Both the position numbers and the translations under genes were made by a program. Source: Oopsacas minuta (Eukaryota > Animalia > Porifera). Taken from it: 43,792 nucleotides of DNA. A model generated the notes under the pieces. It made no database searches, had not been told where the DNA came from, and saw nothing but the letters and a program-made list of their open reading frames with translations. How positions within the stretch are numbered: the stretch's first letter is position 1; each line of letters opens with the position of its first letter. The stretch covers positions 1 to 43,792 of the forward strand of contig JAKMXF010000072.1 of assembly GCA_024704765.1 (NCBI GenBank), given 5' to 3'. Positions 1-12,160 of the stretch are shown here, one piece after another.

Positions 1-240
1 ACTAGATAGCAACTACGAATATAGACTACACAATATATAGGAGCGGGAAAGAGTATACAATTTATGACAATATATTTGTGTGTTCGAATACTTTTGTCCC
101 CTGACTGTACGTAGTTTCTCATTAACATGTTAGTAAAGTGTAGTATTAGTTCAACGTTAGTTACTAAGAAATGTGTGAAGTAGTCCTAATAGCTTACTCT
201 TAGGACATAGGACATAGGGTATAAAAGAGAAGTTTGGCCC

Positions 241-298
241 GCCTGATTTACATATTACTAGGAACTGGCACTTGGTTCTAAAAGGTTGGGGACCGCTG
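241..298. mobile_element. Right end of a hAT-type MITE; left end not seen in the window
   Basis: Ends ...AAAAGGTTGGGGACCGCTG, the reverse complement of a CAGCGGTCCCCAAC-type hAT TIR. No partner end in 1-300. Confidence 0.4.
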
Positions 299-1904
299 CC
301 CTATAACACTTTCCCATGTAAACAGCATCATACATATTGCTACTGTTGCCATGATACATAATATTAGGAATCCCAGGGGGGGGAGAAATCCTAGGGCGGC
401 CCTCTTATATATGAACCCATGGTCGACTTAGTATATTTATATATATGTATATGTATGTATGTATGTTTTCACACCTTTTGAGATAAGGACAATAAATTTG
501 GCATATATACTCGTAGTGATATCTAGATTTGAACCTGAAATTTGAAAATATTTGTTATTATCTTTGAGATTAGCTTCCACTTGTTGAATAGTGTTAAATA
601 GGGGTTAACAGGGACAGAGAATTTGAGGTTGACATTTTAACGTCAAATGTAATTAGCAAAATATATTTTTCTTTCTTTGCTAAATTGGTATTTAGTGGAA
701 TAATATAGTTTCAGTACACTGTGCGCAAGCTATCTATTTATCTGACACTTTATATCCCATTACATGTTATCGTACATGCTGATTCCGATCTTTTGTTTCA
801 TTATACTCAAGAACGACTCAGTTTCTAAAACTCAGGTCAAAATTTTGGATCTTACTAAACCGAAATACAGTCCTATTTCGGCTGAATTGATCTAGATACA
901 AATGAAATCATGAATGAAACGTTAACCATAGAGAAAAAATCACAAAATCCTTAAATTGTAGTGTCAATAAATATGTTGCAAAACACACCTGGTTTTTCTA
1001 TAATGAATTAAATCGGCATGCACTAAAGTTATGCAATCCAGATATTTATTTCATGACAAATTAAATTTGATGAAAATTTTTCTTGCTAATTCAGAAAATC
1101 GCATGTTTATGGGCTGTACATTATATAATTGTGACGTGTTGGAATAAAATACACCGTAGATTCCTAATCAGCATATTGGATTGCACAAGATGCAATATTT
1201 AGTGTTAAGGAAACACACTATTTTTCAAAATTTGTTGTACACTGTAATCCAGTAAAATTTAGTTGGTAATTTTTATCTTGTCACTGACTTTGATTTGATA
1301 TAATTTCTTATCAAATCACAATATAATTTTAATCTAACCGCTAGAATTCTAGATACTACTAAGCTTTATTCGTTATTCGTTGTAAAATATTCGTATACTA
1401 TGTACCAAGAATCATACTATTACTGACAACCTCGGTTAATACGTACTCGGAATTACTACCTCGGTTAATATGTGCTTCTTTTGTTTACGTCTAAACTGAG
1501 ACATACTGTAGTATTAATGTAAATATTTCATAAACAGTTGAAGTAGATATGAATATGCACATACTACGGTTGAATGGAAGTTGTACATGGGACCTATTGA
1601 CTTATCCAAAACATTCTATCAAGTATATACTAAAGTACTGGTGCTAATCAATGGACCTGGGCCAGGGACTTTCTAAGTCTGTCATTTTCCACATTTGAAT
1701 GTCCTTTTGTAGCGACAATAAAACAGAGTACACCTTTTTCCTGAGTATATTTTGTTATTTATTTTATATATACTCATTATATATACTCATCTCTACAAAC
1801 TATTTCCAAGTTGATAAGACGTCAACTAATTGCTTAATACCATATTTGTGAAGAGAATGCTCTTCACCATTCGGTAAGTGCAATTGTTCATATAAAATAA
1901 ATTT

Positions 1905-2125
1905 GAGAATACTCCAGTGTCACCACAGAAAGCCATTGAATGTAATTGGGATGGACCAAGGATAATACAATCTTAACATTTATGCTATATTATATAACCG
2001 AGGCATGAAGTGCTGAGTTTATCCCCTCACGTAACGACCTAAAGCACTAAGAATTTCTTAATCCAACCTAGGCACCAACCTAGGCACTAACCTCGCAGCG
2101 ACCTAGCATGCGAAGCGCGCTAGAA
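1905..2125 (+). mobile_element. 3' end of a non-autonomous Helitron-like repeat (hairpin-capped family, copy 1)
   Basis: Hairpin CTAGCATGC-GAA-GCGCGCTAG followed by AAT. Its reverse complement aligns with 37088-37295 and 26580-26760, which share CTAG..GCTTCG..GC and TTATCCWTGGTCC..CAAATT..AATGGC. Confidence 0.55.
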
Positions 2126-3409
2126 TATAATAATCGTGCGATATAAATGAATGATCAAATATATACATACATAGATACATCAAATGTAAATAATTGTGAT
2201 ATCGATCTAAAAGAAACAGCAAGTAACATTTTCTGCATATATATTGAGTTAAAATAGAAAAGCTCACCATTTATAGATTAATATATAAATTCATTTAATC
2301 TGAGTTTATTAGTACCATCGACCCTGGTTAAAAATTGAAAGGAAGAAAATATGTTCTAGTTTTGGAATACGTGTACTGAAGGCCTAAATTACTGTAGTGC
2401 TATCCTCTGATAAATTAATTTTTTAAATTAGAGGGCAATACCGCACTGCCTTTGTATATTTTTGAGCTCCTGGGAGAGTCAGGCTTTTCATTTTCTCATA
2501 AGGGAGAGAGTTCATTCTCTGATAAAGTAATATCTTTCATGTGTTTGATTGTGTTATCAATTTTAATGAATAATTGGTCCATGCGTATTTATAGTACAGC
2601 TTGTTTAAAATACTCCACTGACAAGTAGAACTAGGATTAATTGCGCTAAAATATTTGGGATAGTATTTGATTGGCTAATTATGGAACAAACTTAGTATCC
2701 AAATCCTGCATTACCCAAATCACTAAAGTAGACGTTGAATCCTGCTTCTCTATTTCTGTGAGTTGATCACTGATGTATCTATGGTGTTCAGCATTTTGAG
2801 GGTTTGTTAGGTTTAATGTCCCTCAAAATAAATACAGTTGTACATGGAAAACTTTCAAATGAAGCATCTGTTTCATATTGAAATTTTCCATCTTTAGCGT
2901 CCATTTCCCTCGAATTTTCTATAATGGATAGTCACAATGAGTTTCAAGACTATATTTTCTATCAATGATTGTTGATAAAGGAAACGTGTGTAGTTTATAT
3001 AATGTAATGCGTTTTGCATCTGTTTAGAGTTTGTGAGGTTTGTTAATTCTCAAAGAATATGCTTCAAATGTACGCATTTCGTATAAACAATATTCATAGT
3101 GAAAATCCACAGTTTTACATTTTGTAAAATTTTTGACCTTTATCTTTAATTGACTTGCAAATATATTTCTACGCGGCAAATTATCTACGAATTACATGGT
3201 TGGCAACTCCAAACAGAAACCATAGGATGCAATTACACATGATATTACATGGAGCTTGACACAACATGTAAGCATTCAAGATTCTTAAGAGCTACCGTTA
3301 AAATTGAGACATCATATGCATCCATTCTGAAACCATGCTTACCAGTCCCTCTAATTAAGTTATAATTCACTGGCAGAATCTCTGCAGATCACGCAATATA
3401 TTGACCAAT

Positions 3410-3852
3410 TAAGTAGAACGGATCAAAGTGTTCACAACCTGTTTGATGATATGGCCGACTACTCCTAACTTCTGACCATTGTAGACTGGATCAGATCCAT
3501 GTGGAGAAGATTACTGATAATGTTTGTATACAGATTTGAGCCTCCATAACCGTGTATGTTCAGCTGTAGCAAAAATAGAGACAATGTCTACGCCAGCTAA
3601 AATGCCTACCATCCATAGTTCTATATCTGTGCCCCACTCATGAGGAGCTGAGATGTGAGTCAGGTGTTGATGAGACTCTTACTCTGTCAACCCTGTTAAC
3701 CCTGTTTTCTCAATTACGTCCAAACAATGTTGTGGACTGGATTTAAACAGTGTAATCAGGTGTTCCTTTAAATTTCTGGACCTCGAAACTGTACCAAATA
3801 TTATGTTGGATAATGTTATGAATATACAATTTCTATCACCTAATAATGGCAT
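3410..3852 (-). pseudogene. OTU-family cysteine protease (deubiquitinase-like) domain remnant downstream of Helitron Rep
   Basis: Hand translation: MPLLGDRNCIFITLSNIIFG...HEWGTDIELWMVGILAG...(frameshift)GCEHFDPF. This matches the OTU motifs GDGNC, WG and H(Y/F)D. Two internal stops and one frameshift. Confidence 0.7.
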
Positions 3853-4344
3853 TATTGAGATATATGGATCAATAGTAGCGGTTAGTTGGTTTTACAGGGA
3901 TTGTTAGTAGTGTTGTAAACTACCAAGTGATTGATGAACAGGTTCTCAGTTTGTTAAGACTGGGACAGTATCAAAACCAAGGCTACTGGGAATCCTAACT
4001 CGCATATCTATGGTAAAGTTATTGGTGCAACCATTTAACAAATTTATGTCAAAATTAAGTGGTTTCCAAATGATGAATGCAAGAGTCCATCAAGTATAAA
4101 TTTATCTTTTTGAGGTTCTGTGAATTGAGAACCCCGGATAGAATTGAGTTCACTATCATAAAATCCTCTAAGCTTATGTTGCGTAATTGATTGTTCATTA
4201 TCATTCACTTAAATAGTCCTTTTAAGGGAGTACTGTTAAACTCAAGCTTCAACTGTTGGGAGGAAGAAAAGAACATATCCATGGAAATCAGATAAACCAC
4301 GAACCTGAGCTACATCTTGAGTAGGAAATGTCTGGAGATGTATT

Positions 4345-5404
4345 ATGTCAAATTGTTCAATTTTATTGTAGCTAAGCTCAACCATGATAACTCTAGCTTC
4401 CGTGACTCACATTTCTAGCAACGGGCATGCCTGAGAAATCAACTAAAGACTTTTCATGCTTAGACAGTCGGTAATCCAGATAAAGCAGAGAAATATTCAG
4501 GACATGCTCTTCTAGTTGTATATCTGGCATCACAGTTCTCGCTCGATGCAAAAAGTTCTCAGTGAATGAGGCCTCACGCTTATCGAGGTCAGAGTTAGCA
4601 GGGAAATAACGGACTCTTGATTCTCAAGATGGAGAACTAACCTCATCACGTCTGTTAGGTTTGCATGTAGTTTGAATGAAAATATTCGGTTGCATAGATA
4701 TATCGGGCTTCTAGATAATTCGCAACCCTAGGAGCACCGCTATCAGCAATATCACCAGATCAGAACTCCTCTATACCATTATCATGACCTTTTTAGACAT
4801 ATTTGTACAGATATTTAACTGCAGAAACAGTCGTACAGATCTCAATGTTAATATGTGCATTGTACTTTAGCAGCAAGAAGGATTATACGGGACTATTCAA
4901 CGATTGTCGGAAATGTCCCGCATACTTCTACACTATGATTGTTGTCTCTTCGACGGTATAGGAGATACCCATCATAGCAGTAGTTGTCACATCAGAGAAT
5001 CCTTGGAAAATTTCATTGAACAATACCGTCACGCGTGCAAGGAGCGTTTCTCTTGGCCACACCACATGGACCTTGGACTATACACAGTTCCCCAACATTC
5101 TAGGATGAAGGACAGTCTCAGGTATCTCAGCGCACTATGCTATCATACTGTGACGGATCACTTGGTTTCTTATAGTCAGATTTAGTATGATTAATATATG
5201 AGCATGGGGGGTAATCACCACTTCTGGAACTCAATACTATACCTCATGTGCACGAGGTACCAAAGGCATGTTTCTCATTGAGATCACTTAATAACTCTCT
5301 TAGTTTTAAGCGGAACACTCGTAGCATTAAGTCAGGGTGATCAGTCGCTTTCTGTCCTAACGGCAGTTGCTGATATTATTTCATCCTATTGGGGATTACA
5401 TGTA
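4345..5404 (-). pseudogene. Helitron RepHel, HUH replicase region (C-terminal part) plus pre-helicase linker; helicase absent
   Basis: With frameshifts: FTCNP, DHPDLMLRVFRLKL, IEFQK-W*LP-HAHILI (from KRGLPHAH), VQGPCG..NAPCTRDG, DGYLLYRRRDN, PYNP..KYNAHINIEICTTVSAVKYLYKYV*KGHD, NYLEARY, LVLHLENQ, KSLVDFSGMP, RVIMVELSYN. Confidence 0.9.
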
Positions 5405-5412
5405 AAGGTATT

Positions 5413-8197
5413 CATAGGCGGAAAGTTTTGTCAAAAATTCGTAATATCTGGGCCAACCCAATCACTAACTAGTAGTTCATTTTTGGCTTCTGTATATGAA
5501 TTAATTAGTTTTTTATTAAGCAATACTATGTTGAGAGTTTACAATTAAAATGTCATGGTAAACGCAATTTGAAAAAAAAAACAAGAATCGAGTAGTACAA
5601 AAATAGTGAAGAAATTGTATACTCAAACTAGACTAGGCGGCCCGAAAATGTTCTTTCTTTGAACTGTTTAATCTACAAATTCTTCTATGAGAGCACCAAG
5701 TTCCATTGTACGAACGATGTTCCTAAGAGCAGACAAGATTTCACAATGGTTCAGCCTCTGTTGAGTCTGACTGCTTCGTAAATATGTGTGATTCTCCGCA
5801 ACATACTAAACAAGTGCTCAGTTCGCATGTACTCACAGGCAGGCACACATAGGTAACACATAAGGGATGCATATTGGGAATCATCCATTTCAGTGCGTCC
5901 TCATCGACGAATTTCTTTCGCAATATATCAACTGTCGGTGAGGCATTCTCCTGAAGGCACCTTTCGAACCATATGTTTCTCTCGAAACGCAGTTTATCAA
6001 GATGGACGTCACCGTCATAAATGCGTACCAGCCTTGTCAGGCTTCATGTGTCATGTTTTCCTCTTCAAGAGTACAGCGAACCCGGTCCACTATTTCGAGA
6101 TCTTGATTTGAGTAACACTGAGTGAGGACCCTCGAACCTGTTTCCATCACTGATATATAAAGGTCTACGTAAAATGCTTTAATTTGATCCTCTGTTATTG
6201 TGGCTGTAGAAACACAAGCTCTTGCACCTTTCGCCCTTAGCAGAGCGGGCATATCTAAATGCATAGTTTCGAGAGTACCACTTTCATGGCATCGTACAAG
6301 ACATTCGCGTTGATAATGTTAGCCTCTGCGAACAGCGATAAAGTAGTTGCGTTGACCCATCGCCTCACGTCCCCAGTTGTTGCTCTCAGTCCCTGGCACA
6401 TTGTGTGAATTGGGTGCACGATCTGCAGAAGTTTCTGAACCACGCGGAGGGAAAAATACATCATGAAAATTTCAAGGTTCTGCAAAACTATCGGCCGTTG
6501 CCCTGTTCTCGGACGGTTCGGTGGCATCCTCTTTGAGTGTTTCTAAAAACTCAATTATTGATGCATAGTGTTCCAAGAAACTATCAACTGCAGGTAGACT
6601 CATGACCCAACGTTTGGGACACAAGGGACGTAAATTGTGGTTGTGGTGCTATTTCTCCGACTTCAACCTGGGCGACCATATCTTTAAATTTATCCCACTT
6701 CTTGGGAGACTTCCTTATGAGTGGATCATTACGTTCATTCCCACCAACGCCAGAGCTACCTCGGGGATTGATTTTAGAGAGTTCTATACGACCACATTTA
6801 GTTGGTGTCCAAAGCAATATAGAGATAGATTGCCTTAGAATTTTCAGCGAGAACCTTTGTCTGGAGACCGTTATGTCTACCTGCTATATTAGCAACTCCA
6901 TTGTATCCTTGTCCACGGACTCCCAAGAGTGACAACTCAAAACTCATAAGGGATGACTTCACGAGATTGAAAAGTGTCTCTGCATCGGTACGGCTGGTTT
7001 TATGAAATCCCAAAAACACTTCTTCGCTTTTCATTTTGCTTTTGCAAAAGCTTAGGCAAAACACCTGCTCTGAGCGGTTTATATCAGTAGTCTCGTCAAT
7101 AATGATTGAGAAAAGCGGCTCCTTTGACAAACCATTTGATTCCCGTCTTACTCTATCTTTGAGGTCCCTCAACAACGAGGGAGCTTTGTCTGTAGAATTT
7201 CGTTTTGAATATCCTTGGAGATAAATTTAAACCTTTCGGATGAAAAAGGATACTGGGACACTTTGGGATTGAATTTTGCGATTTGGTTCATCAGACAGTG
7301 GAAATTTGCAGCTGTTCTTCGTTGCGGTGACTGCGGAGTGAATCCCTTTCTGATCACAGAATCTTAAGTTTTCGAAAACAGCTTGCAGTGCTGTTCTATT
7401 GACAGAAATTTCTTTCTTAACATTGTCGTTAACCATGACTCTATGTGCTGCCAGATTTAGTGCACTATTGAGACCAGATTCGGAATTTCGATGTATAAGA
7501 CTCTCACCATGTTTCCTGATGCCATCTCTTCCTTTCTTTACGTTTTCATAGCCAACTTCCATATTTTTCCTTGGAAAGTTGTATTACTGCAAGTGTTCAT
7601 GTCGCTAGGCCCCAGACTGTGGTTCTGAAACCCCCAATGACAGCTACTACAATAGAGTGACCTCATGTTCTTTGCCAGCTGTAATCATGGGTAATCTTCG
7701 TACCACATCTTTTGAATAGAGTGCCCAGTAGCCGTCTTCTGCATGGGATTGGGAAGGCTGGCAAGATCTACTATAGTGGGTAAAAGGATCTCTTGCTGGC
7801 GTTCACAGGAAACCGATAGGGTTTCTTTGCGTAGTAGGCCTGAATCAAGGGCTGGCCATCTATATCGGAAGAATCCCGAACTGGTTTATCAGCCATTGTA
7901 TGAATCAAAAATCATATTGGTTACAACAATAACCCTTTTATATTATTGTTTGAAAATGAAGTATAGCTCATGGATAGAGATTCTAGGAGTGAATTTTATA
8001 CAACTCAATTAAAGGAGATAACATAAAATCGAAGTGACACAATATAGTTATGAAGTTGTTCGTTTTGGCAGTCGAAATTATAGTCACAACATCTAGATGT
8101 CGATTAGATCTCAACCTCACAAAATATACAAACTGGTTTTCAATTTCAAATCTGAGAGGCGGTCTCCCCTGCTCCCTCATCCAACTTTCCGCTTATG
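5413..8197 (-). mobile_element. Complete-ended hAT DNA transposon (ZMYM1/DUF4371-type, degenerate) inserted in the Helitron
   Basis: 15-bp TIRs CATAGGCGGAAAGTT (5413-5427) and AACTTTCCGCTTATG (8183-8197), 1 mismatch. 8-bp TSD AAGGTATT (5405-5412) and AAGGTAAT (8198-8205). Confidence 0.9.
5741..7860 (-). pseudogene. hAT transposase pseudogene (TTF-zinc finger/DUF4371 region, catalytic region, hATC remnant)
   Basis: ORF fragments FSIIIDETTDINRSEQ, EEVFLGF, RGQGYNGVANIAGRHNGLQ and LPVSTCE. Many stops and frameshifts. Confidence 0.85.
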
Positions 8198-8205
8198 AAG
8201 GTAAT

Positions 8206-8690
8206 TAACAAATCTGGTTTGCTAAACTTCCTTAGTATACTCATAGCGTCCTAATACAATTCGAACATTTGTCTAGGACTACTGGAAAAGGAAGAAGGGA
8301 GAATCAATATTACGACCAACCTCTCTATCAATATCACCTAAGGTGAAAGTATCTGCCGGACCGCTGTTTAGATCTGTTCTTATTTGTTTTTGATTGTGTC
8401 TGATTTAAATCAGTCTATACTGCTCTATATTGGCGTACATGTCTACCACATACTGATGAAACAGTCTGCCACAGAGATGTAGGTAATTCATACTGCCCTG
8501 ATCATGAACCTATAAGAGTAGTACTTCATAGGAGTAACGTGACCTCATCCTCTGCTGACAGGTATTCTAGAGTCACAGCCATCCTCTCCTAAGGGAGACA
8601 TGAGCACATAGGGCAGCGGATCATAGGCGCGGTTGACTTCATCGATAAACTGGAGTTGCCAGTAGTTGCTTGATCAATAATTATTCACGT
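8206..8690 (-). pseudogene. Helitron RepHel, N-terminal (Helitron_like_N) part
   Basis: IDEVNRAYDPLPYVLMSPLGEDG, VTPMKYYSYRFMIR, GRLFHQYVVDMYANIEQYRL, ILPSSFSSSPRQMFELY*DAMSILRKFSKPDLLIT. Joins FTCNP at 5404 once the hAT and one TSD are removed. Confidence 0.9.
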
Positions 8691-8704
8691 ATTTTTAATA
8701 TATA

Positions 8705-9427
8705 TGTTGCAGTGTACATGCGTGTTTGGTGTGATTGCAAACACACAAACTACCTAGTGTACTTGCAGTCTCACCAACCTATTGGTGTAAATGCTAGCTT
8801 TGAATATATTCCAACCAGCAGAAGGGGGCGATAAAGTTAGTTTGCCAATTCAACACCCAGATAGATTATGTGCAATTGGTCCTCGAAATATCTTAGGCAG
8901 TATTCAGAACAAACGGGACGATATCTATACTGTGGCAACTTCTAAAGGCATAATCTCGGGTTGTTATTCACGTAACCAATTTGAAATTCAGCCTTCCAAT
9001 TTGATTAGCACACCATTTAGTTCAGAGATTGTCTCACAAACAGAGGTGATGCGAAACGCTTCGCTTGGTGCTGGAGTAGGGGTATGTAGCTCTAAGAAGT
9101 GCAACAATAAAAGTATCCATGTAGAAGTTCTGAAAAAACTTGCTCTACGAAAAGCCATAAAGGAAAATGTGTTCTAACAAAGATTATAGTAGGTATCGCA
9201 TCACTTTAGAATTTTTGTAGTTCCATTATGCATAGTAATATGCGTAGGGTGATTGTTAGTATATTGTTAGTACCTTAGCCTAATTATCCCAATTAGGATT
9301 ACTCATATTCCATATAGCAGAGATCAGTAATTAAAATTTACCCAATATTGATTCTATTCGAAGCTCGAACTTAGACCAATAGGTTGATGTGATTGCAATC
9401 ACACCAACTCACATTTACACTGCAACA
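8705..9427 (+). mobile_element. 723-bp non-autonomous Ginger/KRBA2-like DNA transposon carrying a 3' transposase fragment
   Basis: About 36-40-bp imperfect TIRs beginning TGTTGCAGTGTA and ending TACACTGCAACA, flanked by TATA on both sides. ORF 8791-9177 has GDKVSLPI..DR...PRNILG..YTVATSKG...YSRNQF...CNNK, resembling the C-terminal region of KRBA2/SCAND3-like integrases. Confidence 0.7.
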
Positions 9428-9446
9428 TATATATATATATATATAT
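9428..9446. repeat. (TA)n microsatellite abutting the Ginger-like element
   Basis: Direct reading: tatatatatatatatatat. Confidence 0.9.
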
Positions 9447-9834
9447 GTGTCTGTCCAATACTATGAGACAGCTCAAATCTGAAAGGTCAATGTGTTTTGT
9501 TGCCTTTCTTGGTGAAGGGTTAGAGTTATCGCTTCAAAGACAAAGAGATCGTAGTCGTGGGGAAAAGTACCCATGTGTGGAAATTTCAGCTTTCTATGAC
9601 ATAGTTTTTCAATTAATTCTGGGCTAACACACACATACATTCAGCAATCCATCTGTTATTAAATTGATTAGGCTGCTTCAGTTGCCCTTTAATTTGAAAA
9701 CTTATTTCGCTTATTACTTTTTGTGTTTTTCTAATGCGGTATGATACACCGTAACGAATTGGAATTGAATCCAAATTATTTAGTGGTACAGCAATATTTT
9801 ATTTTGAAATGCTCTGGATCTTTGTGCTTCTAAT

Positions 9835-10195
9835 CCGATTTTCTACCCAATTTGGTGAAAAATAGTTTGATCATTGCTGGAGGTCGAAAAATAAGGACTG
9901 TGCAGTTTGGAGGTGGTCTTATGTCGGTTCTATAACACTTTGATAACCAATCTTGTACAGTTTACAAGATATTGATGAAAATCGCTTCAATCGATGATAG
10001 ATATAATACCAGCTCCGGCACCAACTATTTTCGCTATTTTCCCCTATATTTTACAGGATTGCTTATCGAATAATGTTATTCACCAACATGAACCTGCCTC
10101 AAACTACTCAATTCCATGTTTTCAGATTTCTAGGCATGATCTAACTCCACTTTTCATCAAATTGGACGATAACCGGTCAGAATCACTTATAACCA
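9835..10195. mobile_element. MITE-like element with long imperfect TIRs (family shared with about 23985-24350); boundaries approximate
   Basis: ATTTTCTACCCAATTTGGTGAAAAAT (9838-9863) matches the reverse complement of 24315-24340 and is inverted relative to about 10130-10190. Confidence 0.45.
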
Positions 10196-10419
10196 ACAGA
10201 ATTACAAAAGTATATTGTGGTACTAGTAAATCTTCATGGGTTTCATGGCATTTGTGAATGATGAATCAATAGAGTAGAGATAACGTAAAAGTATTAACCG
10301 GCATTTGATTTTAGACGAATGAAACAACTGTTACACCCTAATGTACATCTATATTATACATTCTTAAAATTATATTTTACTAAATTTCATACTATTTTAA
10401 TCTAAATCTTTTATCTAAG

Positions 10420-10685
10420 GTAATCATTTTGTGGATGATGACAATGTAATTATTGCTAAAATTGATTCAACTAAAAATGAATTGACCGACATTACCATTC
10501 CTTCATTTCCGACTATCAAATATTTCCCCCTCGATTCTGATCAAATAATTGAATATAGAGGTAATAGAGACTTAAATTCCTTCATAAAATTTATTGAGAC
10601 TGATGGAAAAGCTGATGACCTCGAATATATTTCAGAGTCTAGCGAAGACGATGATGTCCCCACTCTATCTCATGATGATTTATAG
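10420..10685 (+). CDS. P4HB: Protein disulfide isomerase, terminal exon (second half of a' domain, acidic tail, HDDL*)
   Basis: Pyrimidine-rich acceptor ...cttttatctaAG (AG at 10418-10419), then (G)GT-NHFVDDDNVIIAKIDSTKNE..SFPTIKYFP..IEYRGNRDLNSFIKFIE..DDVPTLSHDDL*. Its phase matches the donor at 37057. Confidence 0.9.
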
Positions 10686-11460
10686 TTCTTTATATTCACA
10701 GTTCAGTTGAACTGCAGTATGTCTTATTGTGTGACTCCTGTAAATATATATCTTGTTATTTGTTTACAATGACTATAGGTAATGCAATTCTTCAATTATT
10801 TGATGTATATTACATATTTCTTTAGATATATTCCTGTTGAAATAGTCTAATATTTTTCCAGTTTCATTGGCAGAACCAACAATTCTAGTTTGGGTTTTAT
10901 TGAATAATGTGGATGGTACTAGGGCTGTCGACGAATCCTCATTATCTAAGACCCGGATATCGAATCCTTGGGCACAGAATACCCGAGTATTTGAATTACA
11001 GTGGGATTACATGCTTATTTTCTTACCAAAAAAGCACAATAAGTCTACCCATTATACTACGATATATGTTTGTCAATCATACTAAATAGCAATTTGATTT
11101 AATGCAATGGATAACTAAAGATCTATCGTATTATCTTGTCATCAACTAGTAGTAATATTCTGTCAGTCCATTATTTTGTAGTATTCTTGAAATGACCTTT
11201 CAGAAATACTAATGCATCCAAGGAGGAGTCACTTAAACTAGATCTTAACTTCGTGTTGAAAAGGCCTGCTGCAGAGAATGCTCTTTCTGCTTCTACATTG
11301 GNCATTCGTGAATTATGCAATATTATCTTATTTATTCAAATTCTACTAGTTTGATATATCGTATATTTTTATCTCAGAATAAGCGCCTCGCCTTTTGTGC
11401 ACATGAAACTCGGGGCTTATTTGGGAAAGACTTATTGGATCGTAAAGGAAAGCGAATTTG

Positions 11461-11570
11461 TAATCACGTAATCATAATCATGTAATCATAATCAATTGTA
11501 ATCAATTGCAATTCCTCCTGTAATCATAATCATAATCATAATCACTCAGCAGTAATCAACCCCAGGTCTG
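11461..11570 (+). mobile_element. hAT-type MITE (TAATCA-repeat family), right end only
   Basis: TAATCA tandem array ending AGTAATCAACCCCAGGTCTG, nearly identical to 24835-24920. Followed by ACTGTGGA. Confidence 0.75.
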
Positions 11571-11819
11571 ACTGTGGATTCGTTGAAAATCTAAGTTTTA
11601 CTATAGCTATATGATTATTTCAATATATACGATAGTATTCATTTGATTCAACTAACTTGACATCCAATTGCTAAAAAATATGGGAATATAATTCTATCAA
11701 TACACCCACTTTACCTGGCTTCATAAACCTGAGAAAATTTGAAACGCGTGTAACAGTAACAATAATAGTTAAAGTAATACTTACAATTGATGACGTGTAG
11801 TATAAGTTAGGATGGATAC

Positions 11820-12160
11820 ATTGGGCACCATAACGATGACGTCACCATGGTGGATGTGATGACTACAATGCAAATTTTTATATTTTGAGATTTCGAAAAT
11901 TTGACAAAACATGATTGTTTCGACACATTCAAGAAAATTCCTTTGCTAAGTCAACATTAAGTCACGGAATACTAGAATGCTCAATACTCCGATTTTATAT
12001 GAGAATGAAGAGTACTTCCATCTGATGGAGTGTGGTAGTTGCTAAATGGGATACTTTTCCCATGATAATAATGACGTCACCCTAGTAGAGTAATGATGGC
12101 ATTGCCAAACTTTCCACTTTGAGATTTCGAGAATTTGTCAATTTTGTAATGTCTTAATTA
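11820..12160 (+). repeat. Two diverged direct repeat units, period about 234 bp
   Basis: ATGACGTCACC at 11836 and 12071. TTTGAGATTTCGARAATTTGWCAA at about 11885 and 12118. Confidence 0.55.

Noticed and set aside
299-306. CCCTATAA after the hAT end at 298 as one half of a TSD pair explaining the PDI exon permutation
   Set aside because: No matching 8-mer plus left TIR was found downstream of 37057 within the window.
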